DNA of 64,000 bases from contig NC_043009.1 in the NCBI RefSeq assembly GCF_006345805.1, forward strand, positions 42,780,001 through 42,844,000. The letters run 5' to 3'. Below the pieces are notes generated by a model. The model was not told the origin of the DNA. It was given only the letters and a program-made list of their open reading frames with translations, and made no database searches. Below are positions 1 through 11,763 of the stretch, one piece after another. This stretch comes from Octopus sinensis (taxonomy: Eukaryota). The position numbers and the translations under genes were made by a program. Numbering within the stretch: the first letter of the stretch is position 1; each line of letters begins with the position of its first letter.

Positions 1-204
1 TAATAACGACTTCCACATATAAGGACAGCCATAGACAGACAGACAAACAGACAGACAAACAGACAGACAGACAAACCACACACACGTAAACTCCTTTAAG
101 ATACGTAACATAGAAACAACCGTAGTAACCGCATCACACACAGAGAGAGACGTACGTACACGTACGTTTATACATACACCTCAAATACGTACGCATGTTT
201 GCAT

Positions 205-212
205 ATATATAT

Positions 213-296
<84 letters not shown>
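205..296. repeat. (TA)n microsatellite; one of many compound TA/TG/TATG arrays that generate the YIYI/VCVC pseudo-ORFs
   Basis: Direct dinucleotide run; similar arrays at about 1140-1680, 20130-20470, 37150-37760, 43180-44000, 56700-57310, 61800-62290. Confidence 0.97.
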
Positions 297-300
<4 letters not shown>

Positions 301-1412
301 CAGACATACTATATAACATGTAGAGAAACAACAAAAATGATGATAATGAAGAAGAAGATGAAGAAGAAAGGGAGAAAACAGAGAAGTGTTCATGTTGAAT
401 TTCTTTGGAACTAACACAAAGACGAGTAAATTAAGCCGAAATAAATGGATTAGTCGAAGCACACGAATGACGCTTTATCAAAAGTTGGCTTAAATTCCAG
501 AACTTGTTCTATTACCAGGTAGACAATGGCACTGACCAGCCTTCGCAACAGTCGGTCGTTTCAACAGAGCAAGCGGCATCGAAATAAAGGAGTCGCTTGG
601 TTTTTAGGCTGGTATGGGGGGGGGGGGTGAGTTAGATGGTAGGTTGGCCGACTGGTTAGTTGGTTTGTTTGTTTGTTAGTTGGTTGGCTGGTTGGCTGGT
701 TGGTTGGTTGGTTGGCCGGTTAGATGGATGGATAGTGGGAGGTGAGAATAGAAAAGAAGAAGAAGAAGAAGAGGAAGAAGAAGGAGAAGAAGAAGAAGAA
801 GAAGAAGAAGAAGAAGAAGAAAAAATAAGAAAAATAAGAAGGAGAAGAAGGAGAAGAAGAAGAAGAAGAGGAGGAAGAAGAAGAAGAACAACAACAACAA
901 CAACAACAAAAACAACAGCAACAGCAAGGTGATGGTGGTGGTGGTGGTGGTGGTGAGAAAGGGGAGTAGGCATGGGAAAGGACTATGGCAGCGGCGACGG
1001 CAGTGGTGGTGGTCACGGCAGGGGCGGCAGCGGCGACGTTTGCGGTGTCGTTGTCGACATTCTCGTTGCCGTTGTCATCGTTGTTGTTGGAAAACAATGT
1101 ATTCTATTATATTTATTTGCATGTATGTTTGCGTGTCTGTTAGTGTGTGTGTGTGTGTGTGTGTGTGTCTATATATATGAATATATCCAAACATGTGTGC
1201 GTGTGTGTATGTATCTTTGATCATGTGTGTATGTATGTGTATGCATGTGTGTGTATGTGTGTACGAATATGTGTTTATATATATATTATGTATATGTATA
1301 TGTATATGTGTTCGTATATATATGCATGTTTGTGTGACTGCTTGTATATTTATTTGTCTATGTGCCTATGTGTCTATCTGCACAAATGGATGTACACGTA
1401 TGCATGTTGCTC

Positions 1413-1444
<32 letters not shown>

Positions 1445-1445
1445 C

Positions 1446-1483
<38 letters not shown>

Positions 1484-1513
1484 CAAACAAATATGTGCGC
1501 GTATATGTATGCA

Positions 1514-1567
<54 letters not shown>

Positions 1568-1623
1568 TGTATGTATGTATATGTATATATATGTGTATAT
1601 ATATAGGTATATATATATATATG

Positions 1624-1670
<47 letters not shown>

Positions 1671-2268
1671 CATATATGCTTTTACCGCTCATTTTCGTTT
1701 TCTTGTATTCCGTTTCTCTTTATTTTATTATTTCATTATATTACTGTTCTCGTTGCTATTGTTGTTAATATTGTTGTTGTTGTTGTTGTTGTTATTCTCA
1801 CCACCATTGTTTAATGTTGTTGTTGTTGTCGTTGTTGGTTGTCGTTGTTGGTTGTCGTTGTTATTGTTATTGTTGTTGCTGTCGTTGTTGTAGTCTTATT
1901 GTTTGGCTTATTAATGCTTCTCCTCAATTCCAATAGCCGCCATTATTGATCATTGGTAACAGCACTATTACCATTCTAACATGACTCATTTCGTTTCCAT
2001 CAATCTGACCCGATGACAGCTACTGTGTTTTTATTATTATTTCTTTTGCTATTTTTTTTTTTTTTTTGGAAATTTTCTATATTTATTTTTTTGTCAAATA
2101 CATGGGAATTTTTCATTTTCCTGCTTCCCTCATTTTCTTTTTTAATTTTTTATATTTTCCTTACTGTTTTATTATTTTTATTTTCCACTGGTTGGTTTTA
2201 GTTTTCTGGGGATAATTTTTTTTTCTCCCTTTATCTTTGTTTCCTAAAAACGTAAAAAAAATATTCCA

Positions 2269-2330
<62 letters not shown>

Positions 2331-2515
2331 GTGTATATCAAAGAAAAAAAAGGCATTTCTAGATCATATTTTTTATTTTATTTTTCTTCCTCCCAACATC
2401 TCTTTGTTACTGTCTCTTTCACCCTCAAACCCAATTTTCTTCTCACCTCTCTCTCTCTTTCTTTCTTTCTTTTATCTTCTCTCTCTCACTCTCTCATATA
2501 TATATGTATATAATA

Positions 2516-2566
<51 letters not shown>

Positions 2567-3755
2567 ATGTATATATGTATATATATATCGATATGATATT
2601 CTGAAAAACCATTCTAGTTTGGTAACATGATTGTCCTTGATTTTTCCAAATACCCTGGTGCCTTCTGTAAAAAGCAATTGAATATCTTTGTTCTTTTCAT
2701 TAAGCCGTCTTCTGTTTGCATACACTTAACTCTGTCACAATTCTATATTTCTGCAGCCTGGTGCGGTGCTGAGCTATAGAATCACCGCAGCTATTCAGCA
2801 CAACAACTAGAGAACGGTGCGATATTATGTTTGTCATCTGACTTCTGAGAATCAGATGACAATGAACCGAGTTAGGCTACTGATAGCAGCACAATACAGT
2901 ATTCTCTATTATTTTCGCCATTGTTCGTTCTTCGTGCAATTCTATTCTTTAGCAGCATATTTGGAAGATTTCAGCGCTATTGGAGACAGAAAACAAAAGA
3001 GGGAAAAATCCCAACTTTGCTTCGATTTACTCTCAGTTCAAATGTATACCCCCACCACACAACACACACTCACCTTGAATGTATCTGTGTGAGGTTGCGC
3101 GTACGTGTGTGTTTGTGTATGTGTGAGAGGTTATGCGTACATATATATATATATATGTGTACGTGTGTCTGTGTGTGTATGTATGTATGTGTGTGTGTGT
3201 GGTGTGTGTGCGAGCGTGTTTGTGCGTGCGTGTTGGAATAAATGAATTCCTGGAAATGCTAAAATGTACATTGTCCACTCTGATTCAAATACATCCTTGT
3301 AGACATGCATCTTTTTCCAGTATTGCTATCAATTCCTGTTTGCATAAATATATACTCACATATATACACACACACACACGATGTATTGATGTATTGATGT
3401 ATATTTCATTGGTGTGTGTGTGTTGTGTGTGTGTGTGTGTACGTGAAATTGGAATACGTAGAAGTGTTATCTGTAGGCTTCGCCATTAACTCTTCTGTTG
3501 GCTAACATCAGTAACAAACAGCAACATCCTTCCCAACAACTGGAGGAAAAAGATTGCTGAAGGCCGGAATTTAGGGCAAGCATGCATGCCAAGGAGGAAG
3601 TGTTAGCGAGGATCATGTTCGACAACGAGAACTTTCAGGCAAAAGTAGAGGATAGGAATGAGATTGCTAAAAACTCCCCAGATAAAGACCATCTCAACAT
3701 ATTCAGTGCCGAAGCTGAATTTTGTGACAAATGGAGAGAGAGAGAGAGAGAGAAG

Positions 3756-3787
<32 letters not shown>

Positions 3788-4111
3788 CAGACAGACAGAT
3801 AGACAGAGGCAGACAGATAGACAGAGACAGACAGACAGACAGACAGACATACTGATAGACAGACAGATGGTTGAGGTAAATACCTACATGTAGTCTGGAG
3901 CACACCGATAACATATCTATGCAGTGTGTATCACCCAGAACCCCCTACCTCTTCAATTTGTCTTATCTTTAAAAGGTGGGGTCTGAACCATATCGAAGAA
4001 AAAGAAAAATAACATTGACTTCAGAAAGTCAACGATAGTACCTTTATATGGTTACTTGCCCTACTAAAAGTAACACCCAAATCTCCTTCACATCGACTTA
4101 TTTATTTCTTT

Positions 4112-4312
4112 TTTCTTTATTACCCACAAGGGGCTAAACATAGAGGGGACAAACAAGGACGATCCCAGTGCGTTACTGGTACTTAATTTATCGACCCCGA
4201 AAGGTTGAAAGGCAAAGTCAACCTAGGCGGAATTTGAACTCAGAACGTAAAGACAGACGAAACATCTCTAGGCATTTCACCCGGCGTGCTAACATTTCTG
4301 CCAGCTCGCCGC
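4112..4312 (-). mobile_element. tRNA-headed SINE, family N (Nin/Deu-like central domain), tail A, internal deletion
   Basis: Reverse complement matches the head gcggcgagctggcag, B-box gagttcaaattcc, core gcctttca.cctttcggggtcgataaattaagtacc and tail ttagccccttgtgggtaataaagaaa. Confidence 0.85.
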
Positions 4313-4784
4313 ACTTGGCTGTTTTAAAAAGTGGATTGGTTACTAAATCGTTGTCGGCTGTACACAATACTATGTAGGTTGCATGTGAAGTTGAGAATGA
4401 CTATGTTAATATTAATATAAGTTTCTATATGTTTTATTACCCGGAACATTTCCGTTTGCATATGTACAACAATTGTTTGACTATAACTTGATACATGAGA
4501 TTGTAAGTGTGAATGTTAAAAGTTTTCATTGTATAGATATTTTAGTTATTTATATGAAAATTGTTCATGGTTATTCAAGATAGAATAAGTTAAAAGTATG
4601 AGAACACCTTATTACAAAACTGTTTGCTAATTCTGCGTAGCACCTGAGTTTGTTCTGTTTAAGAATTCGATGTCCCAGTTTTTATAATATTTAGTCAATC
4701 TTCTAGAACTTTCGGCTGAACTATTTGGCAAGAACTTTCACAAAACTTACTTTCCGGTCTCTCGTTGTTTTTGTTACAAATCAG

Positions 4785-4799
4785 CGGAACTATGTTCAG
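4785..4799 (+). other. candidate 15-nt microexon
   Basis: tctctcgttgtttttgttacaaatcag|CGGAACTATGTTCAG|gtaagc: pyrimidine tract, CAG acceptor, strong donor, length divisible by 3; no transcript evidence. Confidence 0.3.
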
Positions 4800-5195
4800 G
4801 TAAGCATTAATGCTTTTTACGATGACACAGTTAGTTTCTTGTAGCTGGTCGTGCTATTTATAGCCGTGGTCCTAAACTGGGAACCTGGTCGAAATGGTTC
4901 AAAACTTAGCAGAAACCAGGAGGTAACTTCAGCGAATCATACTTTTATATGGTTTCTCAGCCTGCTAAAAGTAACAGAAAATCCCCTCAAGTGCTCGCTA
5001 CAATGCATGAGGTAGTCCTATGTACTCTAGGTCTAGAAAAGAAGGGAAAAGAAAATAGTCTAATGAATAAGTCTGCTAATTAAAAACTAACACCAGCCTA
5101 AACATCAACCTCAACAACAATAATAACAATATTTACTGAAATTGTGCCACCGTACAAACACAATAGCTTGTCAATGAGGGGTCTTTTACATGGTT

Positions 5196-5735
5196 CGTCT
5201 GCCGTTACGTTCTGAGTTCAAATTCCGTCGCGGTCGACTTTGCCTTTCATCATTTCGGGGTCGATAAGTAAAGTACCAGTTACGCACTGGGGTCGATTTA
5301 ATCGACTTCATCCGTTTGTCCGTCCTTGTTTGTCCCCTCTGTGTTTAGCCCCTTGTGGGTAGTAAAGAAATATATAATAACTAAATCTGTCTAAATTCAT
5401 TCCCTGTTGTCTTAAAGTAGGCATTGGATAGTCTAGATTCATTATACCATTAATAAGAAATGATGATCAGGTGACCCTTAGCTACATCATCTAATGTGTT
5501 AATTCTTGACTGCCATATTTAGGTGAACTGGCAGAGTATTAGCCGCGTCAGATAAAATGCTTAGCAGTATTTCTTCCGGTATTTTACGATCTGATTTCAA
5601 ATACCGGCGAGGTCGACTTTGTATTTCATCCTTTCGGGATCGATAAAATAAATACCAGTTGAGTACTGGAGTCGATGTAATCGGCTTACACCTTCACCTC
5701 AACATTGCTAGCTTTGTACCGAAATTTGAAATCAT
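5196..5735 (+). mobile_element. two family-N SINE copies (5'-truncated tail-A copy 5196-5372; older tail-C copy about 5520-5735)
   Basis: Core gtcgactttg...tcatcctttcgggg/at...gataa.taa.tacc present in both. Confidence 0.8.
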
Positions 5736-5960
5736 TTTCAATAATCGAATGAGCTTTTCCTCCGAGAAACATCAGAGAGAGACAGAGAGTGATGGGGGAG
5801 TATCGACAGTTGCAACTGACTACTAGTTTAAAGAATCCAATTTCTTCAATACAGAAACAAGGACTTTGTTTTTCCCAGTTCTCACCATCTACCGAACGCA
5901 GAGCATTTCCATATATGTAGCATTTGCTCAGTTGACGTCTCTATAATAGATTTCTGGATA

Positions 5961-6370
5961 TTTTACTCTTTTACTTGTTTCAGTCATTTGACTGCGGTCA
6001 TGCTGGAGCACCGCCTTTAATCGAGAAACTAGACCCCGGAACTTATTCTTTGTAAGCCTAGTACTTATTCTATCGGTCTCTTTTGCCGAACCGCTAAGTA
6101 ACGGGGACATAAACGCACCAGCATCGGTTGTCAAGCAATGCTAGGGGGACAAACACAGACACACAAACATACACGCACATATATATATATATACATATAC
6201 ATATATACGACGGGCTTCTTTCAGTTTCCGTCTACCAAATCCACTCACAAGGTTTTGGTCGTCCCGAGGCTATAGTAGAAGTCACTTGCCCAAGGTTCCA
6301 CGCAGTGGGACTGAACCCGGAACCATGTGGTTGGTTAGCAAGCTACTTACCACACAGCCACTCCTGTGCC
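5961..6370 (-). mobile_element. tRNA-headed SINE, family C (CORE/MIR-like ccttgggcaagt segment), full length with internal microsatellite
   Basis: Head ggcacaggagtggctgtgtggtaag, B-box-like ggttcagtccc, accttgggcaagtg, tail gactgaaacaagtaaaagagtaaaa; partial copies at 6959-7100, 7483-7608, 32680-32832, 34235-34385, 50205-50305, 54597-54755, 55145-55308, 55975-56130. Confidence 0.85.
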
Positions 6371-6617
6371 CCACACAGCCGCTCCTGCGTTTTCAATTTT
6401 ATTGATTAATTTTCAGTTATATGATTGATATTATTAACTGTTTAACACAAACGAATCTAAAACTAGGATCTTTGGATTCGTTTGAGTTACATTAATTTTA
6501 TAAAGTCATTTAATGTTCTTCTAGGAATCATAAGTCAAGAATTCTAGTCGCGACGCCTAGCAGAAATGGGAGATCCTGTATATGGCTACTCAACAAGCTT
6601 GTAATGATAACAAAATT

Positions 6618-6800
6618 TAAGGCGGCGAAATGCTTAATGGTATTTCGTCTGTCTTTACGTTCTGAGTTCAAATTCTGCCGAAATTGCTTTTCATCCTTTC
6701 GGGGTCGATAAATTAAGTACCAGTTGCGTACTGGGGTCGATCTACTCGACTAGCCCACCTCCCCCAAAATTCCGGGCCTTGTGCTCAAAGTAGAAAAGAA
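6618..6800 (+). mobile_element. family-N SINE, tail B, head partly deleted
   Basis: Family-N core plus cccccaaaattccgggccttgtgctcaaagtagaaaag tail. Confidence 0.8.
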
Positions 6801-6914
6801 TCGTTAGCGCGCCGAATAAAATACTCGTCTTTTGTTGCTGCAAGGTCTGCTTGAAATGACAGCTAAACTTTCGTCAGTAGCAACTTATTGGCTTTAGTAA
6901 AGAAAGGACATAAG

Positions 6915-6955
<41 letters not shown>

Positions 6956-7885
6956 TATACGACGAGCTTCTTTCGGTTTCCGTCTACCAAATCCACTCAC
7001 AAGGCTTTGGTCGGCCCGAGGCTATGGTAAAAGACATTGCCCAAGTGGGACTGAACCCGGAACCGTGTGGTTGGTAAGCAAGCTACTTACCACACAGCCA
7101 TATATATATGTATATATATATATACGGGTGGGTGTGATTGTGTATCGAAGAATATATTAATAAAAGGAATTCCAACCTTGTCTGATTTTCACGTTTTATT
7201 TACAATCTTATAGTGATATAATATAACATAATATAATTAAAAAAATAAAATAATAGAATGTTAAATGATCATTCTGATTGAACTAGTACTTTCATGCATT
7301 AAATTCTGCAATCTTCAGGTTCATGTAGTAGTGGTGACAGTCATGCTTCACAATTTATATATATATATATATAATATTATTAGAGACAAAACCACTATTT
7401 TGCAAAACAAACAAATTTGGATTTATTCCCTAATATTTATTATATATATATATATATATATATGCGACGTTTTTTTTTTTAAGTCTCCGTCTACCAAATC
7501 CACTCACAAAGCTTTGGTCAGCACGAGGCTTTGTGCAAAGTACCACGAACTGGGACTGAACTTGGAACGACGTGGGCGAAAAAGCCAAACTTCTTATAAC
7601 ACAGCCATGCTTGCATCTTGTTTTACTAAATATCAATGCTTGACGTGGATATAAATGCTGAAAAGCTACAGAGGTGCCCGGAAATCGGGGCCAGCACTGA
7701 AACCACAGTGGATGCAAACGAGTGAGACTTTATGAGGCGGTCGCTAGATCTGCTAGAAATGGCAACCGAATGTTCTCCAAACCGCGCACAAACGTCTTTC
7801 AAAAGAAAAAAAAAATAAAGAAGTAAATAAAAGCACACATTAGATAATGTCAGTCCGGTGTATAGTGTTCTTGAAAATAATAATG

Positions 7886-7984
<99 letters not shown>

Positions 7985-8095
7985 GATATGATGGTCATTG
8001 CGTGGATGTCTTTGATCTTAATTCTGTTCGATCAACAACATACGAGAAATTTGTGTTTTGTTATTATTATTATTATTTTATTATTATAATTATTA

Positions 8096-8159
<64 letters not shown>

Positions 8160-8699
8160 TACTTTATTTTATATAGTTTATTTTTATTTATTTTTGATGT
8201 TCACAAACGGGCGATGGTGTTTTGCTGCAAATTAGATATGATACCGCCTACAAAAATATTATATATAAAAAAATATATTTAAAGAAAAAGCAGATAAGAA
8301 GGAGAGAGAAGAAAGAAGTTTAGCTTGTTTCTTTTCTTTCCTTTTTATTTTGTTGCTTTTTTGCGTCTTTTCTTTCGCCAGGTGACAGTTATTGTAACAT
8401 CCGTTTCGTAGAATGAATATTAGCACCATATTCAACGAAATAACTTCGCATTATAAGATTCTATACGCCAAACGAAAAGCGTCAAATTTGCCGGAAGATA
8501 TTTTAACCAGTGACCCGTTAAAAAGAAGGCGTAAAAAGTGAAAAACCGGACCGACAAGCTTTAGCGCCAAATTGGAAAATATATGTATAAAAAGAAAAAA
8601 AATAATAATGAATTATACACATGAACGTTTTGGTGTGCGTTTGTGTGTTTCAAAGACATGAATATGTATATAACATTTTTTTTATAAATATACAACAGC

Positions 8700-8748
<49 letters not shown>

Positions 8749-8792
8749 CATATGTATATATGTATGTATATATATATATATATATATATGAT

Positions 8793-8831
<39 letters not shown>

Positions 8832-9612
8832 CCTGTGTTATTTTATTGCTTTACATATATATGCACATGCTTTCATACGTGTGTATATATGGATGTGTGT
8901 GTGTGTGTGTGTGTGTGAAATATGTATGTATTGAGCCATATTTAGTACTTCCTATTTTTTACTTGTTTATATTTTTTAGTGGGGCTTTACACGTTTGTAT
9001 TCTTTTTTTTTTTTTGCCTTATTTGTATTACTTCTTAACAGTGAACGAACTGCGGTAACGTCTACATTTTAGCTTTGATCTGTCCAAATTGTTACACAAA
9101 AGAAACAATCCCAGCAAATATAATATCATCAGAATTATCATTGTAAAAGAATGAAAGATTATGTTTAGTTTACGGCGCTGTGGTTACAACGCTCGTTGTG
9201 TTATTGCGTGGCTTCAGGTTCTATCTCAGTATGGCTCACCTTCAAACGTTTCGCATTTTATTTTGTTCATTTTTCCACTATTTTCTAAGAACAGTTCAGC
9301 AAGTTAATTTGCTGTGAGGAATATAAAAAACCTACCGTCTGAGAGCTGAGAAGACTGAGAAATGTTATCCCCTCCGGTTGCAAGCTGCAAATGAAGAATG
9401 GCATGGAATGTGATAGTGGAGAGAGAAAGAATTTTCTTAGAGAAACTGGGTTGATAGAAATTGTGTGGAGACTCGTTGGACAGACTGAAACTCTTTCTGT
9501 TTGGTAGACTAAATACTGTTGTCTGCTTTTACATCATCGTTTGGCCTTTGGGTGGCATTAGCGTGGAATTACCGAAGATAAAATTGTCAAGTTGTGCTAC
9601 TCCCTTACTTAC

Positions 9613-9648
9613 CTTCACCGGATTCGAAGGCTGTACTAAAAATCTCAT
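9613..9648 (-). CDS. candidate first coding exon MRFLVQPSNPVK (phase 0)
   Basis: ATG at 9648 and a consensus donor AAG|gtaagt at 9612; weak start context; no homology recognised. Confidence 0.2.
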
Positions 9649-9897
9649 GGGCCATCACCCACGACCATTTCGACTCGAACTCACTCACACTCGACAGACC
9701 ACAGAATGAGTTCCCTTTCACGTGATCGCTCGATCTCCTAGAAACTGTAGATAAATCTGTCTCAGTTTATGACCTACCACCTAAAAAATAAAGGCTACAT
9801 CAAACACTGTAGCTCTAAATTCCCTCAAATGTCTTTGATCGTAGGTCTGTTCGATTATTGCTGATTTGTAGCTAAACTACGACAGCAAAAAGTTGAT

Positions 9898-9922
9898 GGG
9901 GCGGTCATTTCCTGCTTCCGGC
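9898..9922. promoter_or_regulatory. GC-box plus tandem ETS-like motifs, possible promoter
   Basis: ggggcgg at 9898-9904 and tttcctgcttccggc at 9908-9922, lying between two divergent candidate first exons; motif match only. Confidence 0.25.
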
Positions 9923-10266
9923 ACTGCGTGGTGTTTGGCCAAGAGCTAAGGTGCTTTGGTTTCTTCCCCAGGTTCTAAATCTAGTTAACGTGGACGATAT
10001 AGTTTCCTGATAGAAAGGCGAATCATTTGGCTTTATAATGCATAGCAACTTTATAGTTCAGCCTATTTATGGCTTTTAAATTGTGTGCACTCACATTATG
10101 AGTACTCGAGTAACAAGTTATGTATATTTACTGTAAATTTTAAATATCAATAATTAAAGTGGGATATTTGGTGAGATATTCGGCCTGAAATTGCAGTGAG
10201 GTCACGTTGTCGTAATGCCATGATCTTCCTTACTTGTTTGGGGTGGCGTTTTTATTTTTCGCCAAG

Positions 10267-10317
10267 ATGGCCAGGTCTATTCTGAAAGCCTGTTGGCTGC
10301 TATTTTTGTCAGGCATG
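10267..10317 (+). CDS. candidate first coding exon encoding a signal-peptide-like segment MARSILKACWLLFLSGM
   Basis: Start context ccaagATGG (also a YY1-type CAAGATGGC), basic then hydrophobic peptide, consensus donor ATG|gtgagt, phase 0, non-repetitive sequence. Confidence 0.45.
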
Positions 10318-10862
10318 GTGAGTGACCTTAGAGAAATGCACTCCTTTGCTTGCCTTGTCTCTATAGCTAGCATCAATGACTGCGGTGTGCAAATAATGGC
10401 AGATTTGTGAACATGTAGTAACAAGTTCAGTTCTACTCAAGGAGTGTATGGCATGGAACGACTCACTCAAACAATAAAACTACAGATACATGACAAATCA
10501 ATGAGGGCACTTCTATGAGGTCACCCGAATTGTTAGAAAAATAGTCATGACATCTCACTCAAATCAGGTTCTACATTCTTAAAATTGGAAAAGACAGCGT
10601 CTAAAAAACGGCATGATCACAGCAGAAATAGCTTTGATTATTCGCGTATTCCAAAGGTGGCATGTTGGCAGAATATTTAGCACGCCGCACAATATACTAC
10701 TAAGTATTTTGTTCTTTTCTTGCTGAGTTCAAATTCTGCCGAGATCGCCTTTGCTTTTTACCCCTTCAGGGTCGTTAAAACGAGTACCAGTTGAGCACTG
10801 GGGTCGATGTAATCGACTGGTGCCCTCTTTCAAAATTTCAGGCCTTATACTAAAAAGTATTA

Positions 10863-11447
10863 CGGCAGTGAGCTGGCAGAAGCGTTAGTACGCCGGGCTA
10901 AATGCTTAGCTGTATTTCGTCTGCCGCTACGTTTTGAGTTCAAATTCCGCCGAGGTCGACTTTGCCTTTCATCCTTTCGGGGTCGATAAATTAAGTACCA
11001 GTTACGCACTGGGGTCGATGTAATCGACTTAATACCTATGTCTGTCCTTGTTTGTCCCCTCTGTGTTTAGCCCCTTGTGGGTAATAAAGAAATAGGTATT
11101 TAGTCTGCCGCTACGTTTTGAGTTCAAATTCCGCCGAGGTCGACTTTGCCTTTCATTCTTTCGGGGTCGATTAAATAAGTACCAGTTACGCACTGGGGTC
11201 GATATAATCGACTTAATCCGTTTGTCTGTCCTTGTTTGTCCTCTCTGAGTTTAGCCCGTTGTGGGTAGTAAAGAAATAGGTATTTCGTTCTTCTTTACGT
11301 TCTGTGTTCAAATACCGTCGAAGTTGGCTTTGCTTTTCATCCTTTCGGGGGTCATTAAAATTGGTACCAACCGAGCACCGGGATCGATGCAATCGACTAG
11401 TCCTCACCTCACAAAAATTCACGTCTTGCGCCTATAGTAGAAAGGAT
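10863..11447 (+). mobile_element. family-N SINE trimer (full head; units joined at gaaatag|gtattt; terminal tail B), preceded by an older copy at about 10665-10850
   Basis: Junctions at 11096 and 11280 (184-bp period). Confidence 0.9.
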
Positions 11448-11763
11448 CCTTCATGTGTGTTCGTTCGATAGACCTGATCTGTCAGAGATGGAACGCAACA
11501 CCAGCTCAACTGGCCATTGAGATATGTTACAGGTTTAGCAACCGCGTTCCATCCTTTCGGGGCCATTAAAATTGGTACCAGTCGAGCACCTGAATCGATG
11601 CAATCGACTAGTCCTCACCTCACAAAAATTCACGCCTTGCGCCTATAGTAGAAAGGATCCTTCATGTGTGTTCGTTCGATAGACCTGATCTGTCAGAGAT
11701 GGAACGCAACACCAGCTCAACTGGCCATTGAGATATGTTACAGGTTTAGCAACCGCGTTCCAT
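11338..11763 (+). repeat. about 211-bp direct tandem duplication of a SINE 3' part plus unique flank
   Basis: gactagtcctcacctc...agcaaccgcgttccat occurs twice, offset 211 bp. Confidence 0.95.

Noticed and set aside
134-1893. Long YIYI/VCVC/poly-E/poly-L ORFs here and throughout the track
   Set aside because: Translations of TA, TG, GAA and GTT microsatellites; stop-free by repeat composition, not genes
2831-2862. 11-bp-stem hairpin ttgtcatctga...tcagatgacaa
   Set aside because: Only 32 nt; too short for a pre-miRNA, and the flanks do not extend the pairing convincingly
10863-11447. CRISPR-like or satellite interpretation of the 184-bp tandem units
   Set aside because: The units are SINE bodies also found as dispersed TSD-flanked monomers; there are no unique spacers or cas genes, and the DNA is eukaryotic
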